From Candidatus Saccharimonadota bacterium (GTDB lineage Bacteria > Patescibacteriota > Saccharimonadia > Saccharimonadales > Saccharimonadaceae): a stretch of 32,000 nucleotides of DNA. The stretch spans positions 780,001-812,000 of the forward strand of contig JAIUPJ010000001.1 of assembly GCA_020160975.1 (NCBI GenBank). Reading direction: 5' to 3'. The translations under genes were made by a program, and so were the position numbers. Every line of letters begins with the position of its first letter. The first letter of the stretch is position 1. Under the pieces are notes generated by a model that saw only the letters and a list, made by a program, of their open reading frames with translations, made no database searches and had not been told where the DNA came from. Shown here in pieces: positions 25,616 through 32,000 of this stretch.

Positions 25616-26800
25616 ATGGATACTGTTAGCAGGCGCAATACGCTCATCGCATCGCTCAAAGGGGGGCTGGTGGTTGCTACTGCCTACGATGCTGTGCAGT
25701 TATCGGGCGATATGGCCGCGCCGTTTTTACAAGAATCTGGGTTTTATTGGCTGACTTCACTTGATAAGCCAGGATGGAAAGTGATTATCGACGGGTCGCG
25801 TCACCACACCACACTGGTGCGGCCGCACCGAACGGATATCGAAAAAGTCTTTGATGGGGATATCAGCGATGACGTTGTCAAGAAACTAGCGCAGGCCGAC
25901 GAAATTATCTCGGCTCAGGACTTTGAAGCGCGCTTGCGTCAGCTGGCACGCAAGCACACAGTGGTCTCTACTATCTCTCCAAAGCACGACTATCATTTTG
26001 TTTCAAATCCGGCCTCATCAAGCCTAGAGGCATTGCTCAGACGAATTTTCGCACATGTCGATGACTGCAGCGCAAAAGTAGCCGAACTAAAGGCAATCAA
26101 AAGCGACGAAGAGCTGGCGGTGATGCGTAAGTCGGTTGCGCTGACACGGCATGCGTTTGAAGAAATTCGACATAATTTAGCAACCTACCATCATGAATAC
26201 GAGATTGAAGCCGATATGACAAAAATGTTCCGCTTTAAAAACGCCCACCATGCGTATGATCCTATCGTTGCTTCTGGGGAAAATGCCGTCACGCTTCACT
26301 ATATCGAAAACATCAGTCGTCTCCACAAGACAAAACCGATCTTGATCGATGTTGGTGCACGCGTTGGTGGTTACGCAGCGGACATTACTCGGACGTATTG
26401 TGTGGCTCCAAGCCGACGTGTGCGGGAAATCCATGGTGCAGTGGAAAAAGCGCATCACGACATCATTGCATTGCTCGGTCCCAACCTGGTAGTCAGCGAC
26501 TACATGCAGCAGGTTGACGCAATCATGAAGCGCGCCCTAACTGAATTAGGCCTGCTCGTCGACAAAAGTGATCACGAGACATATCGGAAGTACTTCCCGC
26601 ATGCTATCAGCCACGGTCTCGGTATTGATGTGCACGATAGTCTGGGTAGCCCTCGTTATTTCAGGCCAGGAATGGTGTTGACTGTCGAGCCAGGAATTTA
26701 TATCCCAGAAGAGGGGATCGGTGTTCGCATTGAAGACGATATTCTGATTACCGAGACCGGTCACGAAAACCTCAGCCGAGGGCTTTCAACTGCACTTTAG
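25616..26800 (+). CDS. Xaa-Pro aminopeptidase (M24B family)
   Basis: Pita-bread fold metal ligand regions: LIDVGARVGGYAADITRT, HGLGIDVHD, and VEPGIYIPEEGIGVRIEDDILITETG. Confidence 0.9.
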   Translation: MDTVSRRNTLIASLKGGLVVATAYDAVQLSGDMAAPFLQESGFYWLTSLDKPGWKVIIDGSRHHTTLVRPHRTDIEKVFDGDISDDVVKKLAQADEIISAQDFEARLRQLARKHTVVSTISPKHDYHFVSNPASSSLEALLRRIFAHVDDCSAKVAELKAIKSDEELAVMRKSVALTRHAFEEIRHNLATYHHEYEIEADMTKMFRFKNAHHAYDPIVASGENAVTLHYIENISRLHKTKPILIDVGARVGGYAADITRTYCVAPSRRVREIHGAVEKAHHDIIALLGPNLVVSDYMQQVDAIMKRALTELGLLVDKSDHETYRKYFPHAISHGLGIDVHDSLGSPRYFRPGMVLTVEPGIYIPEEGIGVRIEDDILITETGHENLSRGLSTAL

Positions 26801-26842
26801 CCCTAGCTTTTTGGGCGGTCAATCGGTATACTACAAGGTAGT

Positions 26843-27238
26843 ATGAAACGACAATTTTTCGTGTTCATCATCCGCTGGATTTTGAACTCGTTTGGACTAT
26901 GGGTTGCGGTGCGTATCTTTGGTACTGGGTACAGTGGCGCAGAGATTGATGCTAACGTAGGGGCGTTTTTATTGGCAGGATTGATTTTTTCGGTTGTGAA
27001 TGGAATTTTACGCCCCGCTGTGATCATTCTAGCTCTTCCAGCGATTCTTGTCACTCTGGGACTTTTTACTATTATTGTGAATGGCCTTATGGTGTATATT
27101 TCGCTCAAGCTCAGCCCGGGGTTGCAGATGACGTTTTGGCACTCAGTTCTTACCGGATTGGTGCTCAGTCTGGTAAACTATATTGTAAGCAGCGCGCTTG
27201 AATTAGAATATATGCGCGTCCGTGAGGAGAACAAGTAA
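26843..27238 (+). CDS. Phage-holin-4_2 / YvlD-like family 4-TM membrane protein
   Basis: The pattern RWILNSFGLWVA...NGILRPAVIILALPAILVTLGLFTIIVNGLMVYI matches the YvlD/PF04020-type family by eye. Confidence 0.75.
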   Translation: MKRQFFVFIIRWILNSFGLWVAVRIFGTGYSGAEIDANVGAFLLAGLIFSVVNGILRPAVIILALPAILVTLGLFTIIVNGLMVYISLKLSPGLQMTFWHSVLTGLVLSLVNYIVSSALELEYMRVREENK

Positions 27239-27466
27239 ATGAACAATGTCTTAATGGCAATTACCATCGGATCAGCAGTGCTGTTGATTGTTGCGATTCT
27301 TTTGCAGCAACGTGGCGCGAGTCTCGGCGCGGGATTTGGTGGCAGTAGCGAGCTATATACGACCCGGCGTGGTCTCGACAAAAACCTATTTGAAGTGACA
27401 ATCTTTTTAGCGATCACATTTGTTTTGTCTATTCTCGTTGGTATTATTTTGCCAAATATAACATAG
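27239..27466 (+). CDS. secG: Preprotein translocase subunit SecG
   Basis: 75 aa with two TM helices flanking the SecG loop (LLQQRGASLGAGFGGSSELY). The start immediately follows the upstream stop codon. Confidence 0.8.
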   Translation: MNNVLMAITIGSAVLLIVAILLQQRGASLGAGFGGSSELYTTRRGLDKNLFEVTIFLAITFVLSILVGIILPNIT

Positions 27467-27479
27467 GGCCTGAGCGCTT

Positions 27480-29276
27480 GTGGATGATGATAAAGTAGGG
27501 TGGAAAAAGTTCAAACGCATTCAGCTTGATAGAAAGCAACTACTTCGTCGGGCAAAAAAAATGGAAGGCGCAACACAACGCCACGCTCACAGATTCGTCA
27601 TTCGTCGGCTCGACAATATCAAATCTGTTTCTCGAGAGATTACGACGTGGCTGCTGCTGGTAGGTGCCATCATTGTCGGCATAGGCGTGCAGCTGTATTG
27701 GGGTCAGACTGGCTATATGACAGATGCAGCCGCTAGGGGCGGTACGTACGTCGAAGGCGTTGTTGGCTCAATCGAGACACTCAATCCACTATTTGCGTCA
27801 ACTAATTCAGAGGCATCGCTGAGTCGTTTGATGTTTTCGTCGCTATATAACTATGATGAGACAGGGTCACTACGCCAAGATCTTGCAACGGGCATGAAAA
27901 TCGACGAAACCAACAAAATCTACACCGTTACGATCAGAGATAATGTCAAATGGCACGATAACACGCCACTCACAGCGCGTGATATCGCCTTCACGCTGGA
28001 GCTAGTGAAGAATCCGGCAGTACGCTCTCCGCTACGCGTGAACTGGCTTGATGTGTCGGTAAAAGTAGTCGACAACAAGACAGTGCAGTTTATTCTACCG
28101 GCAACCTATGCGGCATTTCCTTATGCTTTGACGTTCCCTGTACTCCCCGAGCATCTTCTCAAGGACATTGCACCTGGTGCGGTGCGTGAAAGTGCCTATA
28201 GTCAGAGCCCGGTAGGGAGTGGCCCGTTTCGTTTTCGGCTGCTGCAACAGCCCGATGTCGTGAGCCAGCACAAGGTTGTTCACCTGGTAGCAAATAGCAA
28301 GTATTATGCTGGGGCGCCAAAGCTGTCACGGTTTGAGATCCATGCGTACCAAAACGGCGCTGCCATGATAAAAGCTCTCAAGTCTGGTGAGCTAAGCGGA
28401 GCAAGCGATGTCTCACCCCTCCATTTATCGGAAGTTGATTCATCACACTACGACCGAACAGCTGCCGCACAGGACAACGGTGTTTACCTGCTGCTCAATC
28501 AAAACAACCCGCTTCTCAAAGAACAGGCGGTCAGAAAAGCGCTGCAGGTAGGCACAGACGCCGGTGCAGTGCGCCAGGCGATCGGCGGTGATCAACTCGC
28601 ATTGGACCTACCTCTGCTGAATACCCATCTGACGGGTGCGGACATTCCTCATGCTCCATTGTTTGACCAAACGCGTGCAAAAGGCATGCTAGACGAAGCG
28701 GGGTGGAAATCTGTAGGAGACCACCGCGAAAAAGACGGCAAGAAGCTCGAGGTTACGATCACGAGCATCAAAGATAGCGAATATGAAAAGGCTGTAGAAA
28801 CCGTAGAGAAGCAGTGGCGACAACTAGGTATCCTGACACATCATCGGATCATTGATACGTCGGGTGCGGCATCGACGTTTGTGCAGGATGTGCTGCAAAC
28901 GCGTAATTTCGAGGTATTGCTGTATGAGCTTGCGATCGGTGCAGACCCTGATGTGTACGCGTATTGGCATTCTTCGCAGATTGGTCAGACTGGCTATAAT
29001 TTTACTAGCTACACAAATAAGACCGTCGATGCAAATCTCGCTAGTGCGCGATCACGCCTAGAGCCTGAGCTGCGTAATGCTAAGTACAAACAGTTCGTGA
29101 AGCAATGGCTTGAGGATGTACCGGCGATCGGTCTCTATCAGCCTGTTATGGAATATGTCACAAACGATAACGTTAGTGCATTGGGCCAAGACAGTGTTTT
29201 GGTGAATGCAGCGGATCGCTATGCAAATGTTCAGTACTGGACGGTTGCCAAGACAAGTGTCTATGAGACGCCATAG
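27480..29276 (+). CDS. Peptide/nickel-type ABC substrate-binding protein (family 5), TM-anchored, no adjacent permease/ATPase
   Basis: Basic N-terminal extension plus a TM anchor (WLLLVGAIIVGIGVQLYW), then an SBP_bac_5-like body (YTVTIRDNVKWHDNTPLTARDIAFT...). The GTG start is uncertain. Confidence 0.88.
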   Translation: MDDDKVGWKKFKRIQLDRKQLLRRAKKMEGATQRHAHRFVIRRLDNIKSVSREITTWLLLVGAIIVGIGVQLYWGQTGYMTDAAARGGTYVEGVVGSIETLNPLFASTNSEASLSRLMFSSLYNYDETGSLRQDLATGMKIDETNKIYTVTIRDNVKWHDNTPLTARDIAFTLELVKNPAVRSPLRVNWLDVSVKVVDNKTVQFILPATYAAFPYALTFPVLPEHLLKDIAPGAVRESAYSQSPVGSGPFRFRLLQQPDVVSQHKVVHLVANSKYYAGAPKLSRFEIHAYQNGAAMIKALKSGELSGASDVSPLHLSEVDSSHYDRTAAAQDNGVYLLLNQNNPLLKEQAVRKALQVGTDAGAVRQAIGGDQLALDLPLLNTHLTGADIPHAPLFDQTRAKGMLDEAGWKSVGDHREKDGKKLEVTITSIKDSEYEKAVETVEKQWRQLGILTHHRIIDTSGAASTFVQDVLQTRNFEVLLYELAIGADPDVYAYWHSSQIGQTGYNFTSYTNKTVDANLASARSRLEPELRNAKYKQFVKQWLEDVPAIGLYQPVMEYVTNDNVSALGQDSVLVNAADRYANVQYWTVAKTSVYETP

Positions 29277-29583
29277 GCTTCTCCGCCAAATTACGTGCAA
29301 TTTGTAGGCTGGAGGTTCTACCCGAGTATGAGCACATAATAAAAATACGAGCAAATGCTCATCTTTCTGTCGTGGTGCACCTCTGCAATCTATCGTAGAA
29401 CCAGATTGTCCCAAGTTTGTGCTTGATGCAGTCCAATCTAATCGATCTAGGCATCGGGTATTAAACGGAAATGTCGTTATATCCGGAACAGAAGCCGGTG
29501 GGGTCGGCACCATGCTCACTACCTATAATTCAGCTTTTACTGAATTCAGTTTTACAAAAGCATTTATCTCTAGTGTGAAAGTA

Positions 29584-29612
29584 TTGACAACCCCAACCAT
29601 AACCATAATAAT
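29584..29612 (+). promoter_or_regulatory. Putative promoter (TTGACA-16/17-TAATAA/AATAAT) for the propeller surface protein
   Basis: TTGACA at 29584-29589 with an AT-rich -10 region at 29606-29612. An SD (AGGGAG) lies 10 nt before the ATG at 29680. Confidence 0.45.
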
Positions 29613-29679
29613 GAAAAGCAATTGTTTGATGGGAGCAGACAAAAAGTGAGAGACAACTAAATAGAGGGAGTAGAAGTGC

Positions 29680-31341
29680 ATGAGGGCGTTCGCATCCAAG
29701 TTCGGGGTGAATACTAAAAAGCATACACAGGCCAAATTGTGGCAACGCATAGCAACGCTACTAACAGCGTTTGTTGTGATGAGTAGCGCGCTGGCGCAGG
29801 TAGCACAGGCGGCGCCAGGTGATTACGTGTGGCAGAAGGCGGGGACGAATCTGAGCGGAGACCAGAGCTACTGGCAATCCACCGCCATCTCCAGCGACGG
29901 CACGAAACTCGCGGCGGTCGTGTCGGGCGGCTTCATCTACACCTCGTCCGACTCCGGCGCTACCTGGACGGAGCGCACCGCCGCCGGCTCGCGTTACTGG
30001 CAATCCATCGCCATCTCCAGCGACGGCAGCAAGCTCGCGGCGGTTGTGTCGGGCGGCTTCATCTACACCTCATCCGACTCCGGCGCTACCTGGACGGAGC
30101 GCACCGCCGCCGGCTCGCGTGGCTGGCAATCCATCGCCAGCTCCAGCGACGGCACGAAGCTCGCCGCGGTTGACTATGGCGGCTTCGTCTACACCTCATC
30201 CGATTCCGGTGCCACCTGGACGGAGCAAACCGCCGCCGGCTCGCGTTACTGGTACTCCATTGCCAGCTCTAGCGACGGCAGCAAGCTCGCCGCGGTCGTG
30301 TCGGGCGGCTCCGTCTACACCTCATCCGATTCCGGTGCCACCTGGACGGAGCAAACCGCCGCCGGCTCGCGTAGCTGGTACTCCATCGCTAGCTCCAGCG
30401 ACGGCAGCAAGCTCGCCGCGGTCGTTTGGGGCGGCTCCGTCTACACTTCGTCCGATTCCGGCGCCACTTGGACGGAGCAAACCGTCGCCGGCTCGCGTGA
30501 CTGGCAATCCATCGCCAGCTCTAGCGACGGCAGCAAGCTCGCGGCGGTCGTCTATGGCGGCTCCCTCTACACCTCATCAAATTCCGGCGCCACCTGGAAG
30601 CAAGAGACCCCGCCGAGCCGTAGCTGGATGTCTGTCGTGATGTCTACTGACGGGTCCAGGCTGGCAGTGGCAGCCGAAGCTGGCAACATCTACCTCGCCA
30701 GCAAGGAGGGTCCCGCCACCGCCACAGTCGCTATGCCTAGCCTCCCAGCCGGCAGCAAGGATGTCACGGCAGCTCCAGCCATCGCCGGTGCTAGTCTTTC
30801 CGCTACTTCCATGAGCTGCTACACGCTGGCACCAGGTACCACTACAACCTATGGCCCCGACAGCCTCACCGTGCCGGAGCAGGGTGTCAACCTATTGGGC
30901 GGCATCGGCTTCAAGCTGACCTGCACCGACACTGGCGGCACCGCCAACACGGCCGTCACCCTGGGAACCGCATACAATGATGCCTCTGCACTCCGCGTCT
31001 ACAAACGCAGCGGCACCGGCCCACTCGTTGACATCACAGAACAGGTTACCATCCAAAACGAGACCGTGGCTGGCGCCACTAAGACGGTCATCCGCTACAA
31101 CCTGGTCGACGGCGGCAGCCTTGACGAAGACGGCACAGCCGACGGCACCATCACTGACCCCATCTACATCGGCGTGATGAACAGTGCAGCAACGACCACT
31201 CCAGGAGCGGCAGGCGGCTCGCTCGCCAGCACCGGCTTGAATGTTTATGTGCTCCTTGCTCTTGCTGCCACGTTACTCACGAGTGCAACCGTAATCTGGC
31301 GTAAAAGCGTTAAGATACCAAAACGCGAATCGTTTAGATAA
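29680..31341 (+). CDS. Sortase-anchored (LAxTG) surface protein with 7-blade BNR/Asp-box beta-propeller
   Basis: Signal peptide (...SSALAQVAQA|AP). Seven ~42-aa blades each carry SSDGxKLAAV plus the Asp-box SSDSGATW. There is a ~190-aa C-terminal domain. The sorting signal is LASTG (31222-31236), a hydrophobic helix and a basic tail (RKSVKIPKRESFR). The gene is strongly GC-rich with GC3-biased codons. Confidence 0.85.
   Translation: MRAFASKFGVNTKKHTQAKLWQRIATLLTAFVVMSSALAQVAQAAPGDYVWQKAGTNLSGDQSYWQSTAISSDGTKLAAVVSGGFIYTSSDSGATWTERTAAGSRYWQSIAISSDGSKLAAVVSGGFIYTSSDSGATWTERTAAGSRGWQSIASSSDGTKLAAVDYGGFVYTSSDSGATWTEQTAAGSRYWYSIASSSDGSKLAAVVSGGSVYTSSDSGATWTEQTAAGSRSWYSIASSSDGSKLAAVVWGGSVYTSSDSGATWTEQTVAGSRDWQSIASSSDGSKLAAVVYGGSLYTSSNSGATWKQETPPSRSWMSVVMSTDGSRLAVAAEAGNIYLASKEGPATATVAMPSLPAGSKDVTAAPAIAGASLSATSMSCYTLAPGTTTTYGPDSLTVPEQGVNLLGGIGFKLTCTDTGGTANTAVTLGTAYNDASALRVYKRSGTGPLVDITEQVTIQNETVAGATKTVIRYNLVDGGSLDEDGTADGTITDPIYIGVMNSAATTTPGAAGGSLASTGLNVYVLLALAATLLTSATVIWRKSVKIPKRESFR
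29869..30711 (+). repeat. In-frame 126-bp tandem repeats (6 near-identical units + 1 degenerate)
   Basis: Units start at 29869, 29995, 30121, 30247, 30373 and 30499 (the last is 123 bp). A degenerate seventh unit spans 30622-30711. Units 1 and 2 differ at only a handful of nucleotides. Confidence 0.9.
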
Positions 31342-31376
31342 ATAGATGCATCCAGGTAGTTACAACAAAACAGTAC

Positions 31377-31408
31377 ATAACACCCCCAGAATGATCTGGG
31401 GGTGTTAT
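31377..31408. terminator. 14-bp perfect hairpin after the surface-protein gene
   Basis: ATAACACCCCCAGA (31377-31390), loop ATGA, TCTGGGGGTGTTAT (31395-31408). A U-rich run follows only on the minus strand (GUACUGUUUUGUUG). Confidence 0.55.
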
Positions 31409-31420
31409 AGCAATATGACC

Positions 31421-31479
31421 GTGAAAACAAAAAAGTGCTCCACACTGGATCTCATAGGTCTCGTTTGTGGAACACTTTT
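31421..31479 (-). terminator. Intrinsic terminator downstream of tRNA-Leu (minus strand)
   Basis: 13-bp stem with one mismatch (31431-31443 / 31467-31479). On the minus strand it is followed by UUUUUUGUUUUC (31421-31434). Confidence 0.6.
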
Positions 31480-31496
31480 ATACCTGTTGTTCAATT

Positions 31497-31584
31497 TGGT
31501 GCACTGAAGAGGACTTGAACCTCCACGATCGCAATGATCACTAGCCCCTCAAGCTAGCGCGTCTACCAATTCCGCCACCAGTGC
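31497..31584 (-). tRNA. tRNA-Leu (anticodon GAG), CCA encoded
   Basis: Cloverleaf folded by hand: acceptor GCACTGG/TCAGTGC, D-arm GCGGAATTGGTAGACGC, anticodon stem-loop CTAGC-TTGAGGG-GCTAG, a 15-nt long variable arm, T-arm GGAGG-TTCAAGT-CCTCT, and ACCA at the 3' end. Confidence 0.93.
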
Positions 31585-31721
31585 ATATATTATTAAGGTT
31601 ATCTTTTTCGTAGCAGGTACCTTATTATTCTGAGTGCTCTGTGAATATGGGCGGAATTAGTAGACGCAACATCTACAATTTTTTCTGGCGCTGCTTCGCA
31701 GCGACCCGCCACCAGTGCATA
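31559..31721. repeat. tRNA-Leu 5'-half fragment repeats (16-bp direct repeat + 18-bp inverted repeat)
   Basis: The direct repeat CCGCCACCAGTGCATA occurs at 31572-31587 (tRNA nt 1-13 plus 3 nt of flank) and again at 31706-31721. The inverted repeat is GGCGGAATTAGTAGACGC at 31650-31667 (plus strand) versus tRNA nt 9-26 at 31559-31576 (17/18 match). Confidence 0.75.
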
Positions 31722-31793
31722 AGAATATTAATGGTGTACGATCTTTTTGATTATACGAGAGATAGTTACATTTGTAAATAACAGAGAGGGCCA

Positions 31794-31802
31794 TGGTATA
31801 AT
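31794..31802 (+). promoter_or_regulatory. Extended -10 promoter (TGgTATAAT) for tRNA-Cys
   Basis: TGGTATAAT at 31794-31802. The tRNA 5' end is at 31812. Confidence 0.5.
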
Positions 31803-31811
31803 TATTGATGT

Positions 31812-31885
31812 GGCGCGTTGGCGGAGCAGTTACGCAGCGGTCTGCAAAACCGCGTAGACGGGTGCGACTCCCGTACGTGCCTCCA
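31812..31885 (+). tRNA. tRNA-Cys (anticodon GCA), CCA encoded, atypical D-loop/T-loop
   Basis: Acceptor GGCGCGT/ACGTGCC, 3-bp D-stem GCG/CGC as in other tRNA-Cys, anticodon stem-loop GCGGT-CTGCAAA-ACCGC, T-arm ACGGG-TGCGACT-CCCGT, then TCCA. The D-loop reads AGCAGTT (A where G18 is expected) and the T-loop reads TGC (G where U55 is expected). Confidence 0.85.
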
Positions 31886-31897
31886 TGCAGATAATAA

Positions 31898-31927
31898 GGA
31901 GGGGTTGACCCCTCCGCTTTATTTCTT
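31898..31927 (+). terminator. Intrinsic terminator after tRNA-Cys (possibly bidirectional)
   Basis: GGAGGGG-TTGA-CCCCTCC (31898-31915) is followed by GCTTTATTTCTT. On the minus strand the same hairpin is followed by UUAUUAUC. Confidence 0.7.
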
Positions 31928-32000
31928 AAGTAGATTCATAAATAAGCCTGACACGTTTCTCGACCCCTGAATTTCATGATTGAAAGCATAGCTTTGATCG

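Noticed and set aside
29277-29679. ORF 29419..29649(+) (76 aa) and the 29058..29519(-) and 29523..29750(-) ORFs in the spacer upstream of the propeller gene
   Set aside because: They have no SD or promoter support, non-ATG or overlapping starts, and no recognisable motifs. The spacer more likely holds the promoter at 29584-29612 and weak hairpins (for example 29527-29546).
29869-30711. Regular tandem repeats as a possible CRISPR array
   Set aside because: The units are contiguous 126-bp in-frame coding repeats with no unique spacers. They encode propeller blades.
29761-31177. Alternative-frame and antisense ORFs inside the propeller gene (29761..30003-, 29829..30173+, 30044..30640+, 30322..30507-, 30977..31177+)
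   Set aside because: High GC and tandem repeats suppress stop codons in all frames. Their translations are Arg/Pro/Ala-rich repeats without start signals. The Asp-box frame has the signal peptide, SD and sorting signal.
31919-32000. Possible 3' end of a minus-strand CDS running off the window (...NVSGLFMNLLKK*), using the 31898-31915 hairpin as its terminator
   Set aside because: Only ~26 codons are visible and a second frame is also open over much of the stretch. The evidence is insufficient to call a feature.

Overview
The window is gene-dense and of moderate GC. It looks like a small-genome, Gram-positive-type bacterium, and the gene content suggests Patescibacteria/Saccharibacteria (inference only). 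That content includes ftsA-ruvX-mltG, obg, sbcB, uvrA, uvrC, rplY/ctc, an MMPL transporter, an orphan TM-anchored family-5 solute-binding protein, an orphan type IV pilin and an LAxTG-anchored surface protein. I support 28 CDS (ftsA is cut by the 5' window edge), tRNA-Leu(GAG), tRNA-Cys(GCA), and several near-consensus promoters and intrinsic terminators. No CRISPR array, transposase, integrase or recognisable defence genes are visible. The most unusual item is a ~640-nt ORF-free unit between obg and sbcB (8079-8758). It has a consensus promoter, an intrinsic terminator, a 15+5 bp long-range closing helix and many perfect local helices. I read it as a candidate large structured ncRNA or giant sbcB leader that I cannot assign to a known family. 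Other points: (1) two sharply GC-rich, GC3-biased islands that look horizontally acquired, namely a 111-aa orphan gene at 6291-6626 and a 7-blade Asp-box beta-propeller surface protein built from near-identical 126-bp tandem repeats next to tRNA-Leu; (2) tRNA-Leu 5'-half fragments (direct and inverted) just upstream of the intact tRNA-Leu; (3) a tRNA-Cys with an apparent A18/G55 double change at the elbow pair; (4) a recurring leaderless-type layout, with a -10 box 6-10 nt from the start codon and no SD, at many first genes, contrasting with SD-led genes; (5) a ~250-nt leader before a LysM-CHAP hydrolase. All functional calls come from motif reading by eye. No database search was run.
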